This document shows positions 43,911 through 52,735 of a stretch of DNA of 64,000 nucleotides, piece after piece. Position numbers and translations under genes: made by a program. How positions within the stretch are numbered: the first letter of the stretch is position 1; each line of letters opens with the position of its first letter. The notes under the pieces were generated by a model, which worked only from the letters and a program-made list of their open reading frames with translations, was not told where the DNA came from and did not search any database. Source of the stretch: a virus (taxonomy: Duplodnaviria > Heunggongvirae > Uroviricota > Caudoviricetes); the IMG/VR virus record IMGVR_UViG_3300021475_000005. One strand, 5' to 3'.

Positions 43911-44696
43911 TTACTTGCTGTTGCGAACCGTCCAGTAATCGCTCGCAAGATTCGGGTTTTCCAGATACGTCGCTGGCATCCAAAAGCATCCCGGGTCAGC
44001 TTTGACGCCCCAGTCTAGCCCCCATGAATTCTGAACGAGATAATAAAGCTGTCCGGTTCCATTGAAGTTCTGATCGTAGCCGATGCAGCAAACCGCATGA
44101 CCGCCAAGAACCTGCTCGGTCGGCTTCGGCATCGGAACGATACCGGTGCTTGCCACAGCCTGAGATTCAAAGCTCTCATAAACCGTGAAGCCGAAGACAA
44201 ACGGAAAGCCGCTTGCAAGGCAGTTTAGAAAATCAGCCCGAGTAGCAAGACGCGAGTAGCTGATGACCTTGTCATTCGCCGCATCCTGAATGGCATGGCG
44301 AGACGGCTTGTGCGGAAAGGTGGAGACGATATATGGAAAGTCTTTCTCAGGCGGAATGCCTTTGACGGACATGACCTTAATAACATCGCGGAGTTCGGCT
44401 CCGGCATCCTGTGGATAGGAGCCTTCAGCGATGAGAGATTCGATATATGTGAACATTCTGCTCCAGCAGGTATCACCGGGAGGAGCGCCGTGGACAAACT
44501 GCCACATCCACATCGTTGAGTTTGCTGTGCAGGACCCGAGATCGCCCTGATCGAAGACCAATGCAAGTTTCGGCTTTAGATTGACAGAAGGCGGTTCGAC
44601 AACCGCAGTTGCGTGATGAACGGCACCGTATAGTAAATCACGGTGATCTGGAAGATCACGCTTCCAGCCATAACGCTTAATGGTACGTTGAATCAT
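43911..44696 (-). CDS. Papain-family (C1A) cysteine peptidase
   Basis: DQGDLGSCTAN, GGHAVCCIGY, QNSWG. Confidence 0.93.
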   Translation of the reverse strand: MIQRTIKRYGWKRDLPDHRDLLYGAVHHATAVVEPPSVNLKPKLALVFDQGDLGSCTANSTMWMWQFVHGAPPGDTCWSRMFTYIESLIAEGSYPQDAGAELRDVIKVMSVKGIPPEKDFPYIVSTFPHKPSRHAIQDAANDKVISYSRLATRADFLNCLASGFPFVFGFTVYESFESQAVASTGIVPMPKPTEQVLGGHAVCCIGYDQNFNGTGQLYYLVQNSWGLDWGVKADPGCFWMPATYLENPNLASDYWTVRNSK

Positions 44697-45071
44697 TTAG
44701 ACAAGTCCCCTCTTATGTTCAGCTACGACAAAGTTCTTCGGCTTCAAATGAGCCTTGAGAACTTCAATGGCTTCCCGGGGATTCGCATCACCGCACATGA
44801 AGACATCGAAGGCTGCAAAATTACGTTCGGGCCATGTGTGAACGCTGATGTGGCTCTCAGCCAACACAGCGACGCCTGAGACCCCTCCACCGTCACCGAA
44901 GGTGTGGAGATGGATGTGAAGCAACGTGGCTCCAGCGGCCTCTACAGCGGCAAGGATGGCCTCTTCGAGGCGCTCACAATCGTCGAGCCCCTCAGCATCC
45001 CAAAAATCTGCAATCAGGTGCGACCCAGCAAACACCAGACCGTCCCGCGTGATGAAGTGGTCTTTCTCCAC
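44697..45071 (-). CDS. speD: S-adenosylmethionine decarboxylase proenzyme
   Basis: GSHLIADF...GVSGVAVLAESHISVHTWPE...DVFMCG (self-cleavage E-S-H). Confidence 0.95.
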   Translation of the reverse strand: MEKDHFITRDGLVFAGSHLIADFWDAEGLDDCERLEEAILAAVEAAGATLLHIHLHTFGDGGGVSGVAVLAESHISVHTWPERNFAAFDVFMCGDANPREAIEVLKAHLKPKNFVVAEHKRGLV

Positions 45072-45128
45072 AAGCGTCTCCGTGAACGGCTAGCCGTCTG
45101 TTTGATCAGGCACCTTTGAATTTTGAAG

Positions 45129-45162
45129 AAAAAAGGGCAGCAGCCGATTAGACTGCTGCCCC
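45129..45162 (-). terminator. Terminator after the capsid operon
   Basis: GGGCAGCAG...CUGCUGCCC-UUUUUU. Confidence 0.85.
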
Positions 45163-45185
45163 TGATTCATTAGCCGTTTAGGCTA

Positions 45186-45635
45186 TTAGCCCCACGCAAG
45201 GTTGGGAGCGATGAATGCCCAGTACTGGAAGATTGGGGTCGTTCCAGCGCAGACAATATCGAGGCCAAACTGGGCGGCAGCCGCGTGAGTGTTCTGCAAC
45301 GTGCGCGTGTCGAACTTCCAGCGATAAGTCTCGCCGATGTTCGCGGTCGTCAGGACCTGAGTTTCCTGATCGGTGCCGTTCGCGCCGTTGATGTCGTAAG
45401 ACTTGAAGTGAACCGTGTAGGTTTCATCTCCGGTCGTGTGGTCAAGGGCAACAACGTGGAAGACCACGTCGAAGGAACCTTCACCGAAACGTCCGTCAAG
45501 ATCACCACGACCTTTTGTGATGAGATTAAGATCGACAATGGACGAAACGTTTGAACCAACGTTCGTGACCGCTGCTGATCCCACCAGTTGAAGCGCCAAA
45601 AGCGCATCGTAGGTGGACTTTACTTTGCTTTCCAT
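45186..45635 (-). CDS. Minor capsid / decoration protein
   Basis: Directly after the MCP; VALDHTTGDETY; strong RBS. Confidence 0.75.
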   Translation of the reverse strand: MESKVKSTYDALLALQLVGSAAVTNVGSNVSSIVDLNLITKGRGDLDGRFGEGSFDVVFHVVALDHTTGDETYTVHFKSYDINGANGTDQETQVLTTANIGETYRWKFDTRTLQNTHAAAAQFGLDIVCAGTTPIFQYWAFIAPNLAWG

Positions 45636-45685
45636 CTGAGGATTTCCTTATCCGTTTGGAGTTATGAAGTCTGTATGACCACTTA

Positions 45686-46621
45686 TTAGGCGGTCACAGC
45701 AGCCTTCTTGATGCCCCAGATGCGAGCCGCAGAACGACCGCTCATGACGGCCAAGCTGACGAGCCACTCGATACGGGTACGCATGACAGGCTGGCTCTGG
45801 ATTTGACCGAGGTCATCAACTTCCATGACACCGTTCTGGAGACCAACGACACCCTCGTCGCCGATACGGACGACGTAGATGGACGTTCCTACTGAGGAAC
45901 CACCACCCGGGTTTGCTTCGTTGAAGTCGATGACTTGGTTGTTGGCGTCATCGTAGTTGGTCGTAAGAATCGGGAGGTCGTTGTAGAACGCAATACGTTC
46001 TCCGAACTCGTTCTTTTCCCACTGAACATAACCACCAACAGACGGATTACGTGCGGACTGCGAGAGCAGATTACGCATCGGACGCGACATGATTAGGTGA
46101 GTTGCGCCATCGACTGCGTCGATTGCGGTGTCAAGCACCGACAACGACAGAGCGTCACCACCGGACGAAGAACCGGCAGGGAAAAGCTGCGAACCAGTAA
46201 TACGCTTACGGATGCCGTCGAACTCACGAGGATCGTTTTCGGAGTCGCCGTTGATCATCTTGCCAGCAATGAACAAGCTGAGGGCCTTGACCTTCATCTT
46301 TTCCTGCGTGGTGCGGATGTCTGGACCATGCGTCTTTAGGAGCGCCTTATCCACGTCGAGGTCGCCACCGACGATGCGGAGACGTTCGGTCTGTGGGTTA
46401 ATGATACCGGTATTCGTGGTATACGACTCGTTGATACCACGGAAGGCAACACCAGCAAGCTGGCCTTCCTGAATGTAAACGTATGCTCCACCTTGAATGT
46501 CGATGAACGGCAATACGCGCAGAAGATCAGGCGCTGCGAACAATTCGATGATTGCCGCGCGCTTCACTTCGTCATTGCCAAGTGCCTGTTCGGCAGCTTG
46601 GAGAAGCGTCAAAGCTGACAT
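45686..46621 (-). CDS. Major capsid protein
   Basis: 311 aa; GVAFRGINESY, IVGGDLDVDK, NGDSENDPREFDGIRKR, RTRIEWLVSLA. Confidence 0.9.
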   Translation of the reverse strand: MSALTLLQAAEQALGNDEVKRAAIIELFAAPDLLRVLPFIDIQGGAYVYIQEGQLAGVAFRGINESYTTNTGIINPQTERLRIVGGDLDVDKALLKTHGPDIRTTQEKMKVKALSLFIAGKMINGDSENDPREFDGIRKRITGSQLFPAGSSSGGDALSLSVLDTAIDAVDGATHLIMSRPMRNLLSQSARNPSVGGYVQWEKNEFGERIAFYNDLPILTTNYDDANNQVIDFNEANPGGGSSVGTSIYVVRIGDEGVVGLQNGVMEVDDLGQIQSQPVMRTRIEWLVSLAVMSGRSAARIWGIKKAAVTA

Positions 46622-46833
46622 TGCTTATTTCCTCAATACTTAGCTGGACAGCAACGAGACGGCCCCCGTCTCGGGATCGCCCCGGATCGTCCAGCGACCT
46701 CCGAGGTAATTTGGAAAATCACATAGGTATGTGATTTTGATGTTTGGATGGGCGAAGTGTTTCCACTTCGCCCAAGCTGCTCCCCGTTAATGAGGAAGTC
46801 CGTATGTCACTTTCCTAGTTGGAAATGTGACTC

Positions 46834-47622
46834 TTAGACGTTAGGTTTTCCGCCGTTCGCCAGTTCAAGGCGTTGCGCTGCGGTCATATTTCTAATCTGT
46901 TCCGGCGTGCGTTTCAGCACTTTCTTAGCTGTATCGCCGCCTGCTCCACCACCATTGGAAGGTTTGAAGAAGTAAGGCTTTTCTTCCTTCAACCGACCAA
47001 TCCACTCACGTGGTGTCATCGGTGTCGTACCATCCGCTCCGTAGATCGGCGCGTCACCCTCGTAAGGGATGATGCGGCCATGATCGTCGCAACGGAAAAT
47101 TCCGAGTGCCGACATCGTAATGTCAGAAATGGCTTTCGGCTCGACACCGGAGTCAGTCTGCATTGCGGCATCCTTAATGGCGGATGCAACCAAAGTCTGC
47201 TTGTAACGACCATCGAGAGTTTCAGCTTTGGTACGCCAAGCTGCCACTTCCTTACCGACTGTCTGGAGCCGGTTATCGTAGTCCTTACGAAGTTCTTCTG
47301 TGCGTCGAGAAAGTTGTTCCTCGATGGCACGCGATTCCTTCAGTTCGCCGTCCTTGACCCGTTGCGCGGTTGCGCGCAACTCTTCAAGTTGTTGCTGAAA
47401 GCTTGAAGGGTCTTCCCCAACAATGGTTCTCAGCGGCGTAAGCTGTTCAAGAAGCGTATCGCGTTCTTTGCTCAGCTTGATGTTGTTGTCACGAAACTCG
47501 TCAACAGCGGTCTTCGGAACAACGTTGACTGCGACTTTACCTTCTCCGCCTTCAACAGTCTTTGCGAACTCACGCAACTCCTTGGGAACTGCATCCAAGG
47601 AATCATAATTCAAAATCGGCAT
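46834..47622 (-). CDS. Capsid scaffolding protein
   Basis: Coiled coil, DEFRDNNI, PYFFKPSNGGGAGG; upstream of the MCP. Confidence 0.85.
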   Translation of the reverse strand: MPILNYDSLDAVPKELREFAKTVEGGEGKVAVNVVPKTAVDEFRDNNIKLSKERDTLLEQLTPLRTIVGEDPSSFQQQLEELRATAQRVKDGELKESRAIEEQLSRRTEELRKDYDNRLQTVGKEVAAWRTKAETLDGRYKQTLVASAIKDAAMQTDSGVEPKAISDITMSALGIFRCDDHGRIIPYEGDAPIYGADGTTPMTPREWIGRLKEEKPYFFKPSNGGGAGGDTAKKVLKRTPEQIRNMTAAQRLELANGGKPNV

Positions 47623-47826
47623 TTTCTACTTTCTCTGGGAACCATACGACCCGTATGGAGGGGCACCGACCCTCGGTGCTCAGGAGAAAAATGGACAGGT
47701 TCGGAAGCCTTCCATTAATCGGGAATGCGCGGACCCTACTAAAGTTCGAGAATGAAGTCAAGAAAAAAGACTCAATCTGTCCAGATTCTCGACAGGATGT
47801 CAAGAGGGTAAGGTCAAAATAAACAG

Positions 47827-47860
47827 AAAAAAGGCCCGGTAGTCGATCTACCGGGCCTTC
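47827..47860 (-). terminator. Terminator after Ro60
   Basis: AAGGCCCGGUAGA...CUACCGGGCCUUUUUU. Confidence 0.85.
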
Positions 47861-47888
47861 AAAAACGTTGAATTATAAAGCTTTTATG

Positions 47889-49214
47889 TTACTCGTTGCC
47901 AGCCTTCTCGACCTCGGCGATCCAGCGGAGAACGTTTTCCGAAAAACCGTCGATATGGTTCCAGCGACCGTAGCCCACGCCATTCTTGTTCGAGGCCACG
48001 TTGATCAAATAGGCATGCTTTGTATCCGGAGCCACTGTCTTGTCATGGGACTGCTCGTCCGTGATGACGATCAAACGGTCATGTTTGATCTTATAGACAG
48101 TCCGAAGAGCTTCGCCGAGATAGGTGCCACCATGCATCTGACTCTTCGAGATCGCCTCGATCCCAGCCATTCCAAGGCGGCGCGGGACTTCAACCACCTC
48201 GTGAGAAAATGTGAAAACTCTCACATCCTCTCCGGGGAAGATAGCGGCAAGCGTCGCCGCTGCGTCCAGCCGGGTAAGGTCCGACTTCTCGGACAACTTG
48301 ACATCCATCGAGCCTGAGACATCGACAAGAAGGATCGTCTTGCCCGGAAGCTTCTCCATTTCCTTCAAGGAGGCGATGAGAGCTTCGTCGATTGCCGGTT
48401 CGAAGGACTTGGCATGCCGGGCAGCCGCCGTGAAGCGGAAGGGAAGAACCTTTTCAGCACCTTTGCGTGCCTTCAAGGCTGCAAGGACGAGATCGCGGTC
48501 AACATTCGCCTCAACCATGTTGCGGAGATTGCGCAACAAAGCGAGATAGCCGAGTTTCCCGGTCGAGAGAAGCCGCTCAAAAGTTTCCTTCTTGCCTTCG
48601 CCTGCACTCAACGCCACTTCCCATGTATCGGGGGCATTGAGCGTGTTGTTGACGAGGCTATCCCACAAAGCCTGCTGCTCCGCATCCTTCGGTTTCGGAT
48701 GCGTCAAGAATAGAACATCCCGAAGACGGATTTCATTCTTTCGGTCGTACTTACCAAGTTGGTAGGCATCGAACTTCGTAAAAGCCATCGCGAGGCCGCG
48801 CTTAAGTTGCGCGGACAGCGGCGCATCTTTGCCGTTGAGCTTCCAATAGAGCGCCAACAGTTCAGAGAGTTCGTCGGCACGCTGAATGACACGTGCGATT
48901 GTCATACTCGTGAGATTATTGCCAGCGCCGGTCTTGCAGAGGGCGACGAGGAGCAGGAGGCTGACATGACGAAGCTTCATATCCTCGCGAGCTTCGATGG
49001 CGATCAAGCCAAGTGTGCCGGGGCTGACCTTCTGGGCAAGATCGTAGATGCGCTTGCTGATCTCGACGCCGTCCTCATAAAATTCATTCTCAAACAGCAT
49101 GCACGACATCACCGAACGGCGAAGCTGTTGCTCCACGGTCGTGCGCGCAGCCGGTGCGCCTTCATGCGTCGTTTCGGTGAAGGAATTCTTGGTCTTGATG
49201 TTTGTACGGGCCAT
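47889..49214 (-). CDS. rsr: Ro60/Rsr orthologue (TROVE + vWA RNA-binding protein)
   Basis: ENEFYEDG, QRADEL, FDAYQLGKY, TWEVALS, ALLRNLRN, LPFRF, vWA DVSGSM, GGT, ITDEQ. Confidence 0.93.
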   Translation of the reverse strand: MARTNIKTKNSFTETTHEGAPAARTTVEQQLRRSVMSCMLFENEFYEDGVEISKRIYDLAQKVSPGTLGLIAIEAREDMKLRHVSLLLLVALCKTGAGNNLTSMTIARVIQRADELSELLALYWKLNGKDAPLSAQLKRGLAMAFTKFDAYQLGKYDRKNEIRLRDVLFLTHPKPKDAEQQALWDSLVNNTLNAPDTWEVALSAGEGKKETFERLLSTGKLGYLALLRNLRNMVEANVDRDLVLAALKARKGAEKVLPFRFTAAARHAKSFEPAIDEALIASLKEMEKLPGKTILLVDVSGSMDVKLSEKSDLTRLDAAATLAAIFPGEDVRVFTFSHEVVEVPRRLGMAGIEAISKSQMHGGTYLGEALRTVYKIKHDRLIVITDEQSHDKTVAPDTKHAYLINVASNKNGVGYGRWNHIDGFSENVLRWIAEVEKAGNE

Positions 49215-49248
49215 GTTTCTCTCGGGTTGGAATACCAAACGCGATGTC

Positions 49249-49290
49249 GCGAATCCTGACATGTGTAGACAGGATTCGCAGGAGTGTCAA
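49249..49290 (-). promoter_or_regulatory. Ro60 promoter with a palindrome over the -10 box
   Basis: TTGACA-17-TACACA; GCGAATCCTG (49249-58) / CAGGATTCGC (49270-79). Confidence 0.75.
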
Positions 49291-49489
49291 TCGTGAGTAG
49301 GCAGCAAAAGCAGTTGATTGAATTCCGGTGCAATAATTACGGGCACACGCAGCAGTCGTGAACAGCGAAATAGCATATACAGACGCCAGATACGAAATGC
49401 CATCACGAAACCTTCTTCTCGCGCTAGACGAAAATATTTCAGCATAAACTTACTTCTTCTCCGTTATGTGTGCATGTCTACGCCCAGGA

Positions 49490-49684
49490 TTAGGAATGAA
49501 GTGGTTTTGCATGATACTCCCAGACTGCAAGCAATTCTTCGAGCGTGATGGTTCGTCCATAGTATGGAATTTCGTGGGGTAATCCCACAGGACGCTTGAT
49601 TGTGAAGCTGCCCCCATCAGGAAGTGTGTAAGCGATATCTTGGAATACATATCCCGCTAAAGCGTATTCTTCATGTTCTGACAT
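49490..49684 (-). CDS. Hypothetical protein
   Basis: MSEHEEYALAG..., the C-terminal part of a track ORF. Confidence 0.45.
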   Translation of the reverse strand: MSEHEEYALAGYVFQDIAYTLPDGGSFTIKRPVGLPHEIPYYGRTITLEELLAVWEYHAKPLHS

Positions 49685-49761
49685 CTGGACAGCTACGTTT
49701 GTCGTTCGGTTGGAGGACGAGATTAATGGTGTGACTGTCATGCACATTGTAGAGGTAACGG

Positions 49762-50109
49762 TCAGGGTCGGCCATAAAGGCGACGCGCCAATCTCAGTTC
49801 TTCTTGCGTCAGCACATAACCGGGTCCGTAGCACCCTAGAAGGCGCTTCCGCCTTTCTTGAAGCCAACCCGCTTTCAGAACTGCTTGTGATTTGGCGGGA
49901 ACACTCGAAGGTATTGGATTAGGTGGTTCAGGCGTCCCTTCCATCGTATTTTCGATAAACGGTAAGTTAGTCATTTCTCGCAAAGCAGCTTCTTGATTCT
50001 CCAATGCTTCTTCAGCGGACAGTAGCCGTCCGTCGATGCGGACATTTGCTGTTTTTCCCCATTTGATGCCGTGCTGATCCAAAATTGCCTGTGCTTCTTC
50101 GCGTGTCAT
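49762..50109 (-). CDS. Hypothetical protein
   Basis: MTREEAQAILDQHG start. Confidence 0.55.
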   Translation of the reverse strand: MTREEAQAILDQHGIKWGKTANVRIDGRLLSAEEALENQEAALREMTNLPFIENTMEGTPEPPNPIPSSVPAKSQAVLKAGWLQERRKRLLGCYGPGYVLTQEELRLARRLYGRP

Positions 50110-50154
50110 TTGATTTTCTTGGCTGCGTGTTTTGAGGGGAGGCTGCAAAAGGAT

Positions 50155-50275
50155 ATTGAGATGGAACAAGCGATAACGAAATTGCCTCACCGTGAGGCGC
50201 TTTTCCCATAAGGAAGATGGCGGGAAAAGTTCGAGTTGAACGAACGATGAATTCGTCGTCTACGCCAATCTCAAT
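50155..50275 (-). ncRNA. YrlA-like Y RNA 5 (permuted tRNA domain, CCA in the acceptor loop)
   Basis: Ends pair; T-arm GUUCG-UUCAACU-CGAAC, acceptor UUUUCCC-GCCA-loop-GGGAAAA, D-arm GCCUC-ACGGU-GAGGC; motif GGCGUA/CGCUUGUUC. Confidence 0.8.
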
Positions 50276-50284
50276 TCTTAGTGC

Positions 50285-50405
50285 TCAACGAAGATAGACG
50301 CGCTCGGGATCGAACCGGGACACCTCTGCTGTTAGCCTTTTAGCAACTCACCGCCCTTGTCGGACTGCTACCCTTTTGGTTGGCTTAGTGGACTATCTTC
50401 GTTGA
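50285..50405 (-). ncRNA. Unclassified T-arm-containing structured RNA
   Basis: 13-bp closing stem UCAACGAAGAUAG/CUAUCUUCGUUGA, GGUUCGAUCCC T-loop; lacks the shared Y motif. Confidence 0.6.
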
Positions 50406-50412
50406 TTGGTAA

Positions 50413-50571
50413 GATGCATTGCAGGATTGAAAAGTACAGGCGCTACCACGTCTTTACAATTAAACCGGCTTGATACCGATTCAAGTGCTGTGGAATTTGA
50501 ATCCACTAGCGCCCGAAGGCACATCATCCGAAGCATGTGATAACTACGCTATTTCAATCCGGCAATGCATC
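50413..50571 (-). ncRNA. YrlA-like Y RNA 4
   Basis: ~20-bp closing stem, T-arm GUGGA-UUCAAAU-UCCAC, closed acceptor-like hairpin, D-like arm; motif AGCGUA/CGCCUGUAC. Confidence 0.7.
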
Positions 50572-50582
50572 CAATTCAGATT

Positions 50583-50728
50583 GATGACTATTCCGAGAAC
50601 AGACGTGAAGACATTTTTAGCGCTCTTCCACTGAGCTACGGTTGCACAGTACAACCGGTTGGATTCGAACCAACGACCTCTCGATTACAAGTCGAAGAAT
50701 TTCTTCACTTCACTACGGACTAGTCATC
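50583..50728 (-). ncRNA. YrlA-like Y RNA 3
   Basis: T-arm GUUGG-UUCGAAU-CCAAC, closed acceptor CGGUUG/CAACCG, D-arm GCUC-AGUGGAA-GAGC in T-acceptor-D order; motif AGUGAA/CGUCUGUUC. Confidence 0.85.
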
Positions 50729-50755
50729 GATCTGAACCGATGATTTTGTTGAGCA

Positions 50756-50883
50756 GGGTGGAACAGGCGACCCGGCGAGCGCCCCAGTATAGACTTATGA
50801 AGTCCGACTAAAGGCATTTGCTTGATATCAGGTTTTTGGCCTGACTTTTGGTAAGCGAAGAACTCCGGTTCTACACCAACCCC
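50756..50883 (-). ncRNA. Y RNA 2 (no tRNA domain)
   Basis: GGGUUGGUGUAGAACCGG...CCGGGUCGCCUGUUCCACCC. Confidence 0.7.
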
Positions 50884-51015
50884 ATTCTCAACAACTTTAA
50901 AAACTATGCAGGCATCGAGTACAATTGCCGCCGTACCCATTGTCGATCCACTTATGGATACCCAATACGCATAACAACAATTTAAGATTTCTCATCTCTA
51001 CAAACCTTATATAAT

Positions 51016-51100
51016 ATCAGGGAACAGGCGCTTACGGGGTAGGCTGCCTACAGCCATGACGGTCATTATCAAGAAGTAACCGTTTGCTTTCACCACTGAT
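51016..51100 (-). ncRNA. Y RNA 1 (short, no tRNA domain)
   Basis: AUCAGUGGUGAAAGCAAACGG...CCGUAAGCGCCUGUUCCCUGAU; TTGACA upstream at 51136-51131. Confidence 0.7.
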
Positions 51101-51147
51101 TGTGACCTTCTCTCATAACCGACTCGTGATGTCAAGGACGAATTTGC

Positions 51148-51540
51148 CTACCAAAACAAAATTTTTGCAGGTTTCTGCTTTTTGTATTTCCGGCGATCCT
51201 CAGCCGTCTTCTTCTTATGACATTTAACGCATAATAGCCGGACATTCGTCGGTTCCCAAAACTCTGGATCGCCATAGGCTATAAAGAGCGGAAGGATGTG
51301 GTCAGCTTCCCAATCGTCAGTCAGATAAAAATGAGTTTTTCCACATTCATGACAGATACCGAAGTCACGGAAGAAAACATACTGCCGCATCCGTTGCGGA
51401 TCGGCACGAAGCAGGTAATGTGTCCTGCAAACGTTGCTACAAAACTTCGCTTTATCCTTTGTTTTGAGTCCACACCAGCGACACATGCCGAGAGGCGCTT
51501 TGTGGAAGCGGCCCGGATAAGCGCGATGCGCGGCCATCAA
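51148..51540 (-). CDS. HNH endonuclease
   Basis: CHECG...WEADHILP...NVRLLCVKCHKKKT. Confidence 0.85.
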   Translation of the reverse strand: MMAAHRAYPGRFHKAPLGMCRWCGLKTKDKAKFCSNVCRTHYLLRADPQRMRQYVFFRDFGICHECGKTHFYLTDDWEADHILPLFIAYGDPEFWEPTNVRLLCVKCHKKKTAEDRRKYKKQKPAKILFW

Positions 51541-51649
51541 TCATCTTCGCCGTCATAACCGTGATATGGAGGTTCTTCCATACTATTTCCGAGGACAAAG
51601 AGAAACCAAGCTGCTGCAATGAAGAGCATCGTTCCGAGCGCTACGAAAA

Positions 51650-52231
51650 TCATGGCGTCACCGGAAGCGCTTCTGCCTGCGTCTTCTCCCGGATCAACGA
51701 CCAACGAATTAGAGAAACCGTTTCAGCCCACGTCTCGGCATATTGGACATGCACGAGAAGATCGCGTTGAAACTTCTCTAATTCATAGGGGCGAACTTGA
51801 AAGCCGTAAAGATACTTAACGGTCTGGAGATGCCTCAGCACGTCGAGCTTGTCGTCGATGAAATGCGTCAGTCCCAGAATTTCTGCAATCGGTGCCTTAT
51901 CGGCACGCTCCAGACAAAAGTAGACATTCTCAGGAAGCACACCGGTCTTTGCATAAAAATTTTGATGTGTCAGCCATTCACGAGATCGTACTTGCGTTTT
52001 CAGGCGTGCTTTTGAGACGATGAAGACGTTCTCGGGCCAAAACATATCGACAAGTTCTGCAATGCTGTCGGTTGCGCGATGTACTTCGGTTGTTTGCAGA
52101 TAATTGTCCGAGAAAAACGACGTATCGGTATTATCATTGGCGCGGTCTATGATAACGCCTCCGATATCGATGCCGAGTTTCAGGTTAGTATCCATAGTCG
52201 TCATAGTCGTCCCAATCATCAGAAAGGTCAC
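51650..52231 (-). CDS. HAD-superfamily hydrolase-like protein
   Basis: GIDIGGVI...VSK...HFIDDK. Confidence 0.7.
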   Translation of the reverse strand: MTFLMIGTTMTTMDTNLKLGIDIGGVIIDRANDNTDTSFFSDNYLQTTEVHRATDSIAELVDMFWPENVFIVSKARLKTQVRSREWLTHQNFYAKTGVLPENVYFCLERADKAPIAEILGLTHFIDDKLDVLRHLQTVKYLYGFQVRPYELEKFQRDLLVHVQYAETWAETVSLIRWSLIREKTQAEALPVTP

Positions 52232-52302
52232 CTCGCCATAAAAGCACCAAGCTTATTACGATCACTATCGCCGCTATAGTCAAGTTAAGTGCCATCTGAG
52301 CC

Positions 52303-52596
52303 TCAGTTCAATTTAAATTCCTTACCGATGTGCTTAAGATCGGTTGGAGAGATGATACCGCGTACTGCGACAATAACGGAGTGCAGCTTACCGTCGAGAT
52401 TTTGTTCCCAGTGGTCCAAGAACCGCGTCAGGACCGGAAACTGTGGGGCTCGATCCAATTCCTGCCATATGAACTCCTGAATTAGTGCAGGGTGATCCGG
52501 CAGGTGATAAAATATTTGTGCCGTCGTCAATCGCCAGCCCAGCAACATCGATCTGTCACTCATCATGGACTCTGATAAAACTGTTCTTCTTTCCAA
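52303..52596 (-). CDS. usg: Usg family protein
   Basis: GWRLTTAQIFYHLPDHPALIQEFIWQELDRAPQFPVLTRFLDHWEQNLDGKLHSV. Confidence 0.88.
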   Translation of the reverse strand: MERRTVLSESMMSDRSMLLGWRLTTAQIFYHLPDHPALIQEFIWQELDRAPQFPVLTRFLDHWEQNLDGKLHSVIVAVRGIISPTDLKHIGKEFKLN

Positions 52597-52735
52597 GGGC
52601 CACCAGACAGGCAGCGGCGAGTACGCATATCAAGGTAGCACTTCACGCATTGCGAACATTTGACGAGCCGGTAGATGTCTGGATGCTTCTCAGGAGAAGC
52701 TGGGTCTGGATCACTAGGTGTTAAGGTCCGCGATG

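Noticed and set aside
50218-50245. Apparent orphan tRNA 3' half with CCA
   Set aside because: Its acceptor partner and D-arm lie downstream; it is part of the permuted Y RNA.
50615-50697. Apparent tRNA gene
   Set aside because: Arms are in T-acceptor-D order with a closed acceptor loop, so it was called YrlA-like instead.
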